Positions 29,047-37,375 of a stretch of 64,000 nt of DNA are shown here, piece after piece (the stretch's first letter is position 1; each line of letters starts with the position of its first letter). The notes beneath the pieces are model-generated. The model was given only the letters and a program-made list of their open reading frames with translations, did no database searches and was not told the origin of the DNA. This DNA is from an uncultured Bacteroidales bacterium (GTDB taxonomy: Bacteria > Bacteroidota > Bacteroidia > Bacteroidales > UBA10428), in assembly GCA_964534745.1 (NCBI GenBank), contig CAZHQW010000008.1, positions 5,156 to 69,155 of the forward strand, written 5' to 3'. The position numbers and the translations under genes were made by a program.

Positions 29047-31008
29047 ATGATCAAATTTATTAAGCTTACCTTATGTGGCTTACTAATCACTCTATTGATT
29101 TCGTGTAATAAGGACACAACTTCATGGCACATTATCTCACCAAACAAGTATATTAAAGTTGAGATAAGCAGAATTGAAACATCAAATTCCAATAAACTAT
29201 ACTATTCGGTTTATATTAAAAATGATGGTTCATACAAGCAAATCATTGAACCTTCACCTTTGGGGATAATAAGAGAAGAAAGTATATTTATTGAAAACCT
29301 TCAGTTTATTTCATCCAAAACCACCAAAAATAAAAAGGTTGAATACTCACTGTTATCAGGAAGCAAGCAAAAGTATAATAATACATATAATGAAATCAGT
29401 CTGGCATTTACAAACTATGAGCAGAAAAATATAAACCTGATATTCAGAGCCTTCAACAATGGTATGGCTTTTCAATACTTTTTCCCCGATAATAGCATTA
29501 AGCAGGTACGGATTGTTAAAGAACAGACAGGTTTCAACCTTGGTGACGGTGACTTTTGGGCACATCCATACGATACGATAACCCATTGGAGTCCGGCTTA
29601 CGAGACATTTTACGCAGGCCCGCTTAAAATTGGAACGAATGCTCCATGGAACAAGAACGGCTGGGCTTTCCCCATGCTTTTTGAAACGAACAATTGCTGG
29701 GTATTTATTTCAGAATCTGGTTTTGACGGTTCATATGGAGCCAGCCATATTCATAGCAGTTGCGAAGATGGTGTTTATAAAATTAAATCTGCCGAAGCTG
29801 AGGAGTCCATGGGATATTACGATAATACATCTCATTCTGCATTACCGTGGAAAACTCCATGGCGGTTCATTACTGTGGGAAAAACGCTGGATGATATTGT
29901 AGAATCGCATATGGCTATCGATCTGGCTTTCCCGAATCAAATTAAGAATACCAATTGGATTAAACCGGGCAGATCATCCTGGAGTTGGTGGTCAGAGAGT
30001 GATAGTCCGCAGGATTATGAAAGATTAGTGCCTTTTGTTGACCTGGCTGCTGAAATGGGATGGGAGTACTCACTTGTTGATGCCAATTGGAACCGCATAA
30101 AAAATGGATCACTTGAACAATTAGCCAAATATGCAGCAGGCAAAAATGTCGGACTATTGATCTGGTATAATTCAGGTGGAAAGCATAATGTAGTAAGCGA
30201 AGAACCGCGTGATTTGATGGATAAGGGGGAGGTAAGAAGACAAGAGTTTAAACGAATAAGCAAACTTGGAATCAAAGGAATTAAAGTAGACTTCTTTCAG
30301 TCAGATAAACAGAAAATAATTAAGCATTATATCGAGATATTAGAAGATGCTGCAGATTATCAATTAGTTGTCAATTTCCATGGATGTACCTTACCGAGAG
30401 GTTGGCGCAGGACATACCCTAATTTGCTTGCAATGGAAGCCATACGGGGAGGAGAATGCTATAAATTTGATGAAAATTATCCGGAAAAGGCACCTTCGCA
30501 TATTGCAACCATACCATACCTGCGGGGTGTGGCAGGCCCAACAGATTATACGCCCGGAGGTTTTTCAAACAGTACCTATCCACATTTAACTACTTATGGG
30601 TTTGAATTAGCTCTGCCAATTATCATTGAGTCTGGGATAACACATTATGTAGAGACGCCGGAAAAGATAAAAAGCCTTCCTTCGTTTGCAATAAACTTAT
30701 TAAAAATTTTTCCGGTTAGGTGGGATGACACTAAATACCTGGCCGGTTACCCTGGAAAAGAAGCAGTAATTGCCCGTAAGAAAGATAACATATGGTATGT
30801 TGGTTGTATTAACGGTGAGGATATTGAAAAAAAAATTAAACTTAATTTATCAAGGATTGTACCATATGAAGCAGAAATATTAATTATTAATGACGGACAT
30901 AGCAGCTGTAGTTTGGAAAGCAAAAGCATTATTCTTGAAAATAATGAGATCGAAGTAAATATGCTTCCGTATGGTGGATTTGTGTGTATTATAGAAGTTA
31001 AGATATAA
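29047..31008 (+). CDS. GH97 glycoside hydrolase (alpha-glucosidase/alpha-galactosidase family), lipoprotein
   Basis: The start is re-set to the ATG at 29047 (MIKFIKLTLCGLLITLLISCNKD). GH97 motifs are present: ISPNKYIKVEIS..LYYSVYIK, RSSWSWWS, LGIKGIKVDFF, VNFHGCTLPRGWRRTYPNLLAMEAIRGGE. Confidence 0.85.
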   Translation: MIKFIKLTLCGLLITLLISCNKDTTSWHIISPNKYIKVEISRIETSNSNKLYYSVYIKNDGSYKQIIEPSPLGIIREESIFIENLQFISSKTTKNKKVEYSLLSGSKQKYNNTYNEISLAFTNYEQKNINLIFRAFNNGMAFQYFFPDNSIKQVRIVKEQTGFNLGDGDFWAHPYDTITHWSPAYETFYAGPLKIGTNAPWNKNGWAFPMLFETNNCWVFISESGFDGSYGASHIHSSCEDGVYKIKSAEAEESMGYYDNTSHSALPWKTPWRFITVGKTLDDIVESHMAIDLAFPNQIKNTNWIKPGRSSWSWWSESDSPQDYERLVPFVDLAAEMGWEYSLVDANWNRIKNGSLEQLAKYAAGKNVGLLIWYNSGGKHNVVSEEPRDLMDKGEVRRQEFKRISKLGIKGIKVDFFQSDKQKIIKHYIEILEDAADYQLVVNFHGCTLPRGWRRTYPNLLAMEAIRGGECYKFDENYPEKAPSHIATIPYLRGVAGPTDYTPGGFSNSTYPHLTTYGFELALPIIIESGITHYVETPEKIKSLPSFAINLLKIFPVRWDDTKYLAGYPGKEAVIARKKDNIWYVGCINGEDIEKKIKLNLSRIVPYEAEILIINDGHSSCSLESKSIILENNEIEVNMLPYGGFVCIIEVKI

Positions 31009-31113
31009 TCTGTATTTGCAAATGGACTGAAAAAGCAACCAGATAATTTGCTAACATAAAATTAAATAGTAACTTTTAAATCAATAAAAATACTTATCAA
31101 ATACCTGGCTATA

Positions 31114-32673
31114 ATGAAGAATACAAAACCAATTTCCGCTGATTCCAAAAAAACGGAAAACAAAATCGATCGCCGCAAGTTTATTGGTGGATTGACGACT
31201 GCTGCCGTTGGTGTAACTATTATTCCGGCGCACGTTCTGGGCAGGCCGGCCCATATTGCACCAAGTGATAAAATCAATGTGGCCTGCATTGGTTTGGGAA
31301 CGCAGGGTTTACGCCAGTTGCAGGCTTTACTCGAGATTCCTGAGGTACAAGTAACAGCCGTATGTGACCCTCAACGAAAAGCACTTGGTTATTACGACTG
31401 GGACCCAACCTCCCTGCGCGATCAAATGCGTAAACTAATCGGGGATCCCAACTGGGATACTGGTGGTAACAACACCATTCCGGGTGGTTTGAATAATGGT
31501 AAGGAGATTGTTGAGGCCTATTACGCGCATGCCCGTTCAGAGCCGAAATTCAAAGGATGCAACGCATACACCGATTTCCGTGAACTCTTTGCCAAAGAAA
31601 AGGGCATCGATGCCGTACAAATAATGACCACCGACCATATGCACGGTATAATATCGGCAGCAGCATTAAAGCGCAACATTGCAGTAACCATGCATAAGCC
31701 CCTTGCCAACCGCTTGATTGAGGGAAAGAAAGTGATCGACATGGCGCATCAATCGGATGCGGTTACCCACCTGATGCCCTGGGACTCCAACGGATCGATG
31801 GATCAGATCATAGCCTGGATCAACGGCGGTGCCATTGGTGAATTGAAAGAGATACACAACTGGTCGTTCCGTCCGGTTTGGCCTCAATACGCCACCATTC
31901 CGACCGATACTCCTGAAATTCCCGAAGGATTTGACTGGAACCTATGGTTAGGTCCTGAAGCCGGGCGTTCTTACCATCCCCATTACACCAATATGGTTTT
32001 CAGGGGCTGGTATGACTTTGGCGGTGGCTCCATGGCCGATATGGGGCACTACAGTTTATGGACCGTTTTTGAAGCATTGAAACTGGAGAAACCAACAGTA
32101 ATAGAACCTTGTCTGAGTCACGTTTATGGAATCAAAGAGGATGGTTCGGCTTTCAAAGTTTACAACGACTATTCCTTCCCGTTTGCCTGTTCGGTGCGCT
32201 TTAAGTATCCGGCCATAAAAGATCGGCCGGCGGTTGATTTGGTATGGTACGATGGCGGAATGCGCCCTCCGGTTCCACAGGAATTCTACGACAAAGGAAT
32301 CGAGTTTCCGTCAGAGGGTATGATGTTCAGAGGAGACAAGGGCATCATCATGACTTCCGGATTTAAGGTGGAAGATCCTTATCTGCTGTCGGGTGAGGTG
32401 AAGGAGACCAGGGAAGTTTCTGCAGCATCGGGTGCTGTAAAAATACCTGGCGTAAAACGTTTTATCGAAGGTGTGAAGAAGAACGAACAAATTGCCGGAA
32501 GTTTCCGTCAGGCATGGCCAATTACTGAAGCGGTAAACCTGTATGCCGCTGCGCTACGTGCTAATAAAACATTAATCTATGATGCCGACCGAATGAAGGT
32601 GATCAACGACGAGAAAGCCAACAGCTACCTTGACCGTAACTACCGCAAAGGCTGGAAACTCGAAGATATGTAA
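31114..32673 (+). CDS. Tat-exported Gfo/Idh/MocA-family oxidoreductase (GH109-like / glycoside dehydrogenase-like)
   Basis: 519 aa. It has a twin-arginine signal (IDRRKFIGGLTTAAVGVTIIPAHVLG) and a Rossmann start (INVACIGLGTQGLRQL..VTAVCDP). The family block NLWLGPEAGRSYHPHYTNMVFRGWYDFGGGSMADMGHY is present. Confidence 0.85.
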   Translation: MKNTKPISADSKKTENKIDRRKFIGGLTTAAVGVTIIPAHVLGRPAHIAPSDKINVACIGLGTQGLRQLQALLEIPEVQVTAVCDPQRKALGYYDWDPTSLRDQMRKLIGDPNWDTGGNNTIPGGLNNGKEIVEAYYAHARSEPKFKGCNAYTDFRELFAKEKGIDAVQIMTTDHMHGIISAAALKRNIAVTMHKPLANRLIEGKKVIDMAHQSDAVTHLMPWDSNGSMDQIIAWINGGAIGELKEIHNWSFRPVWPQYATIPTDTPEIPEGFDWNLWLGPEAGRSYHPHYTNMVFRGWYDFGGGSMADMGHYSLWTVFEALKLEKPTVIEPCLSHVYGIKEDGSAFKVYNDYSFPFACSVRFKYPAIKDRPAVDLVWYDGGMRPPVPQEFYDKGIEFPSEGMMFRGDKGIIMTSGFKVEDPYLLSGEVKETREVSAASGAVKIPGVKRFIEGVKKNEQIAGSFRQAWPITEAVNLYAAALRANKTLIYDADRMKVINDEKANSYLDRNYRKGWKLEDM

Positions 32674-32747
32674 AATAGATACAAATAAAGTAATATACAA
32701 ATACAGTAAGATAGAAAGTAAAATAAAACGAAAAAAAATAATATATC

Positions 32748-33602
32748 ATGACAACAAGACGAAATTTCATAAAAACAACAGGAGCTGCATTAGGCTCGGC
32801 CGCTTTAATCAGCCGGTTTCCTTTCGGACTTTCAGTCCCTACAAAAAAAGATCCTTTATCGTTTGGATTTCAAACGTGGACACTACGTGAGCAATTGGGC
32901 GAAGACCTGTCCGGAACATTGAAAATGATGGCTGACATGGGCTACAAGGAGGTGGAGTTCTGCTCCCCACTTGGTTACACCGGCACACCGTTCGAAAAAT
33001 TCAACTACATGAGTGGAGCAGAGCTGAGCAAAATCATAAAAGATGCCGGCTTAAAGTGTGAAAGCTCACATTACAACATGAGCGAATTGCGTGATCACCT
33101 GGAGAACCGCATTGAATGGTCGCTCGAAATGGGGATTACCCAAATGATTGCATCCAGTTTTTGGCTACCCAAAGATGCCTCCATAGATGATTACCGCCGT
33201 GCTTGTGATGAGTTGAACGAAATAGGACTGAAAATCAAAACTGCCGGTATTCAAACCGGATTTCATAACCACCACATGGAGTTTGAAAAGCGTGGTGATG
33301 AGCTCATTTACGATGCATTGCTCGATCAGCTTGATCCTGATATAGTTAAAATGCAGTTCCAGGTGGCTGTGGTGAACATCGGCTATCAGGCGGCTGATTA
33401 TTTCAGAAAGTATCCCGGCAGGTTTATTTCAGCCCATTTATCGGACTGGTCCAATGAAAAAGAGGAAGTACCCATCGGACAAGGAATTGTTGATTGGGCT
33501 GACTTCTTTGTAGCAGCAAAAATTGGCGGAGTGAAAAACTTCTTCGTAGAAATGGCTCCGGATACCTTCATGGAAAGCGCCAGGTTTTTGAAGACGATGT
33601 AA
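32748..33602 (+). CDS. Tat-exported xylose-isomerase-like TIM-barrel protein (sugar phosphate isomerase/epimerase family)
   Basis: 284 aa with a twin-arginine signal (MTTRRNFIKTTGAALGSAALISRFPFG). AP_endonuc_2-type blocks are present (MGYKEVEF, GFHNHHMEFE, FFVEMAP). It lies 74 nt downstream of the oxidoreductase on the same strand. Confidence 0.8.
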   Translation: MTTRRNFIKTTGAALGSAALISRFPFGLSVPTKKDPLSFGFQTWTLREQLGEDLSGTLKMMADMGYKEVEFCSPLGYTGTPFEKFNYMSGAELSKIIKDAGLKCESSHYNMSELRDHLENRIEWSLEMGITQMIASSFWLPKDASIDDYRRACDELNEIGLKIKTAGIQTGFHNHHMEFEKRGDELIYDALLDQLDPDIVKMQFQVAVVNIGYQAADYFRKYPGRFISAHLSDWSNEKEEVPIGQGIVDWADFFVAAKIGGVKNFFVEMAPDTFMESARFLKTM

Positions 33603-33738
33603 GCCGACTATTTAGGCCAGCAGGTTTTCAGTTTAATTCAATTGGTTACACTGGAAAATAATATCACTACAATAGATATATAATTGATTATATTAGTATG
33701 ATTATATGAAAAGCCACGCTTTAGTCTTTTAATAAAAA

Positions 33739-33746
33739 AAGGAGGT
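33739..33746 (+). promoter_or_regulatory. strong Shine-Dalgarno-like element AAGGAGGT, 4 nt upstream of the ATG at 33751
   Basis: The sequence reads aaaaaAAGGAGGTagttATG. I saw nothing comparable upstream of the other starts I inspected in this window. Confidence 0.4.
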
Positions 33747-33750
33747 AGTT

Positions 33751-34095
33751 ATGAGTCCATCAGCTATTAGTGTTTTAGTATTTGGTATCTATATAGCTCT
33801 TGTAGGAGCTGGTTTCATATTTGTTCCAAATACAGTTTTACCGGTATTTAAATTTCCTAAAACAAATGAATCCTGGATAAGAGTATTGGGTATTGTTATC
33901 GCATTACTAGGCTTTTATTACATCATCGCTGCCCGGAATGAATTAACACCTTTCTTTTGGGCTACCGTTGCTGGAAGATTTGCAATACTTATAAGTTTCG
34001 TTTTGCTTGTTGTTACCAAGAAAGCTCAACCTATGCTCATCGCGTTTGGTGTAATCGATGCAGCAGGGGGGCTTTGGACCCTTTTGGTATTGTAG
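33751..34095 (+). CDS. small integral membrane protein (about 4 TM), unknown function
   Basis: 114 aa with hydrophobic segments ISVLVFGIYIALVGAGFIFV, VLGIVIALLGFYYIIA, FAILISFVLLVV and IAFGVIDAAGGLWTLLVL. It is preceded by the SD-like element. Confidence 0.55.
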   Translation: MSPSAISVLVFGIYIALVGAGFIFVPNTVLPVFKFPKTNESWIRVLGIVIALLGFYYIIAARNELTPFFWATVAGRFAILISFVLLVVTKKAQPMLIAFGVIDAAGGLWTLLVL

Positions 34096-34382
34096 TAATT
34101 AAAAATTCTCTATAAAGCTTTGGCGTGGTATTTCATATAACAAAATTTAATACCATCTTACCCGCATAACGCATTATAAGTGATAACCCAAATTAAACCA
34201 TTATTGTCCCGGATAAAATCACTTACCGCCTCGCTTTTTAATCCGGCAGTCTTTGTCATCTTTTATATTATTAGAAAATTATTGTATAATTGAAGTTTAA
34301 ATTTTAGTTTCGGTCAAAGTGAAATCACATTGAATATTAAATATTCAAGATAAATAAGAAGGTTATTATAAGAAATAAAATT

Positions 34383-37022
34383 ATGAACACAAAATTCATT
34401 ATTTTATTATTTCTGCTGGTATTACTGAGTTGTTATGCGTATTCTTCTTACCCGGTAAATAAGGATGATACAATAAATGATGTTTCTAAAAGACCCTTAA
34501 GAGTATATAATACAATTCGTTTGACGACAGAAAAACCAGTTATTGATGGCGTCTTAAACGATCCATGCTGGGAAACAGGTGAATGGTCAGGTGACTTTAC
34601 ACAATGGGTACCAAAAGAAGGAGCAAAAGCAACTTTTCCCACCTATCTGAAAGTTCTCTATGACGATAGGAATATTTATGTTGCTGTACGTGCTGTTGAT
34701 TACCAGCCGGAGTTGATATCAAGAAAGGCAGGACGCAGGGATAAATTTGCAGGTGATATGGTCGGGATAAACTTTGACAGTTATCATGATCACCGCACTG
34801 GTTTTGAATTTAATGTTACAGCTTTCGGCCAAAAAATTGATCTTGTCCTAACCAATCCGATTAGAGCAGATCGCAACTGGAATGCCGTATGGACAGCTAA
34901 AGTCGGGATGGAAGATTCTGCATGGGTAGTGGAATATGAAATTCCATTAAGTCAGTTGAGATATAGCAACGATTATGATCAGGTATGGGGCATGCACTTT
35001 TGGCGGTGGGTTGATCGGCTACAGGAAGAAAGCGACTGGGAACCCCAATCTTCCACAGGGCCGGGTATGCTATACCTTTTTGGCGAATTACACGGAATTA
35101 AGGGATTGCCAAAATCCCGGCGAATCGAAATTATGCCATACGCACTTGGAAAACTAAACACTTTTAAGGAAGAACCGGAAAACCCTTTTGCAAACAAAGG
35201 CAGGACATGGTTGGGAAATGCGGGGATTGACGCAAAGATAGGTCTGTCCAGTAATTTCACGGCTGACCTTGCTGTAAATCCTGATTTTGGGCAGGTTGAA
35301 TCCGACCCGTCAGTGATGAACCTCACTGCATTTGAAACTTTTTATGAAGAAAAACGGCCTCTTTTCCTGGAAGGAAAAAATATTTTCAGTTTCGATTTTG
35401 ACAATGTCAACCTTTTCTATAGTCGCCGGATTGGCCATAGTCCCATCTACATACCCGATTTACAGGAAAATGAATATATTAAGTATCCTGACAAGACAGC
35501 CATTCTTAGTGCTGCAAAAGTCAGCGGGAAAACGTCAAACGGACTTTCAATAGGAGTATTACAAAGTATTACAGCTAATGAATATGCAAAGATAGATTCA
35601 GCAGGCAGCAAAAGGAATTTAAGCGTTGATCCTTTAACCAGTTATGCTATAGTCCGTGTGCAGCGGGATTTTAAACAGGGAAACACCATGTTGGGAGGTT
35701 TGCTCACATCGACCAACCGATTTGTTTCTGCCTCGCAACTCAATTTCATGAACCGCGAAGCTTATACCGGTGGCCTCGATTTGCTTCACCAATGGCATGA
35801 TAAAGAATTTTATATTGATGTCAAAATAGTGGGCAGTGACATCAAAGGACATGCCGATGCAATTAACGAGCTCCAAAAATCATCGGCCCGGTATTACCAA
35901 CGTCCTGGTGTTGATTATATTCACTATGACAGTACACGAACGCAACTCTCGGGCTATGGAGGAAGGATTAAAATAGGAAAAGGAAGCAAGGGACTATGGC
36001 GGTATTCAACAGAATTCAACTGGCGTTCACCCGGCCTCGATTTTAACGACATCGGGTATATGCAAACGGCAGATATTTTTAAACAAGAGTCCTCGATTTA
36101 CTATTTTATTAACCAACCCGTTTTTATTTTCAGAACTTATAATATAGGCATAAACCAGACCAATAACTGGGATTTTGGAATGCATCACTTGTCTTCCGGT
36201 GGCAGTTTAAATATATATCTTGAATTCATGAACAAATGGGCAATCAACACCTCTGTTAATTATACATCGCAAGCCCTGGATGCACGTATTTTACGTGGAG
36301 GCTATGCATTGCTGATCCCGGCAATATGGTCCAATTATTGTTACGTGAGAACAGATCCCTCAAAAAAAATGTTATTCGATCTTGCTTCAAATATAATAGC
36401 ATCTGAAAATCAAAGCAGCAGGTACTATTCGGTAGAACCCGGACTTTCCCTAATGCCTGTAAACACACTTAAGATATCAATAAGTGTCAATTATTCACAT
36501 AACCTGGATAACTTACAATATGTCGACACCAAATCTGTTAATGGTGAAAACAGGTATATACTTGGAAAAATCGATCAACATACATTGGGCATAACCTTCA
36601 GGATTGATTATTATATAACACCGGAGTTTTCAATTCAATATTATGGGAGTCCGTTTGCTTCCACAGGAAAATATTCTGAATTTAAGGTGGCCACACAGCC
36701 AAGGGCTGCTTCATATAATAGCAGATTTACAACTATTAGCCCGATTCTGAATGAAAATAACTACGAAATTTCTGAAACTGACTATTCACAAATTGATTAT
36801 ACTTTTGAAAATCCTGATTTTAACTTTTCCCAATTCCGTTCAAATCTTGTATTCAGATGGGAATATCGTCCCGGGTCTCAACTGTACTTAGTCTGGTCTC
36901 AGGACAGGACAAATTTTACTCAACCCGGATATTATTCGGTAAACGATGCAATGGGAAGCTTAAAAAATGTACACGCAAATAATATTTTTCTGATAAAACT
37001 AAGTTATTGGTTTTCAATATAG
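34383..37022 (+). CDS. CBM9/DOMON-like + DUF5916-type outer-membrane protein
   Basis: 879 aa with a signal peptide. The N-terminal sugar-binding-type module is IDGVLNDPCWETGEWSGDFTQWVP..YLKVLYDDRNIYVAVRAVD. A long region rich in beta strands follows, ending in an aromatic-rich terminus (IFLIKLSYWFSI). Confidence 0.65.
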   Translation: MNTKFIILLFLLVLLSCYAYSSYPVNKDDTINDVSKRPLRVYNTIRLTTEKPVIDGVLNDPCWETGEWSGDFTQWVPKEGAKATFPTYLKVLYDDRNIYVAVRAVDYQPELISRKAGRRDKFAGDMVGINFDSYHDHRTGFEFNVTAFGQKIDLVLTNPIRADRNWNAVWTAKVGMEDSAWVVEYEIPLSQLRYSNDYDQVWGMHFWRWVDRLQEESDWEPQSSTGPGMLYLFGELHGIKGLPKSRRIEIMPYALGKLNTFKEEPENPFANKGRTWLGNAGIDAKIGLSSNFTADLAVNPDFGQVESDPSVMNLTAFETFYEEKRPLFLEGKNIFSFDFDNVNLFYSRRIGHSPIYIPDLQENEYIKYPDKTAILSAAKVSGKTSNGLSIGVLQSITANEYAKIDSAGSKRNLSVDPLTSYAIVRVQRDFKQGNTMLGGLLTSTNRFVSASQLNFMNREAYTGGLDLLHQWHDKEFYIDVKIVGSDIKGHADAINELQKSSARYYQRPGVDYIHYDSTRTQLSGYGGRIKIGKGSKGLWRYSTEFNWRSPGLDFNDIGYMQTADIFKQESSIYYFINQPVFIFRTYNIGINQTNNWDFGMHHLSSGGSLNIYLEFMNKWAINTSVNYTSQALDARILRGGYALLIPAIWSNYCYVRTDPSKKMLFDLASNIIASENQSSRYYSVEPGLSLMPVNTLKISISVNYSHNLDNLQYVDTKSVNGENRYILGKIDQHTLGITFRIDYYITPEFSIQYYGSPFASTGKYSEFKVATQPRAASYNSRFTTISPILNENNYEISETDYSQIDYTFENPDFNFSQFRSNLVFRWEYRPGSQLYLVWSQDRTNFTQPGYYSVNDAMGSLKNVHANNIFLIKLSYWFSI

Positions 37023-37057
37023 AAGCTGTCTATTTTTTATACGGCAGCTTTTATTTT
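37023..37057 (+). terminator. probable intrinsic terminator of the 34383-37022 gene
   Basis: The stem aagctgtc (37023-37030) pairs with ggcagctt (37043-37050), with one G-U pair and a 12-nt loop. It is followed by ttatttt. Confidence 0.45.
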
Positions 37058-37375
37058 ATGTCCGCAAGTCCGACATCTTGGGGAATACCTTGCGGAAACC
37101 TTGCAAACATTAGGATTAGTGCGGCAACTCTTCCTGATTCCGGTGTGAAATTGAATATTTCAAGGTTTGAAAAATTATTTGGAACAAATTAAAAATGAAT
37201 TTAAATTTGATTAAGGATAATCGTTATGGTAAGATAGCCAAATGCTGTACTTCTGCAAATATTAATTAAATGAAATTGCCAAGCTGAATTACTTTGCCGT
37301 AAAAGGTTTCTTTATTGAAACCATCTTGCACGAATCCATGTAATTTCCTAAGTTTACATAAATGTTTACACGCTC

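Noticed and set aside
31062-31289. Minus-strand ORF of 75 aa overlapping the oxidoreductase start, and ORF 28959-29192 (-) overlapping the GH97 start.
   Set aside because: They lie antisense to the hydrophobic signal-peptide regions of real genes. Hydrophobic mirror-frame peptides like these are a common artefact, and they have no independent support.
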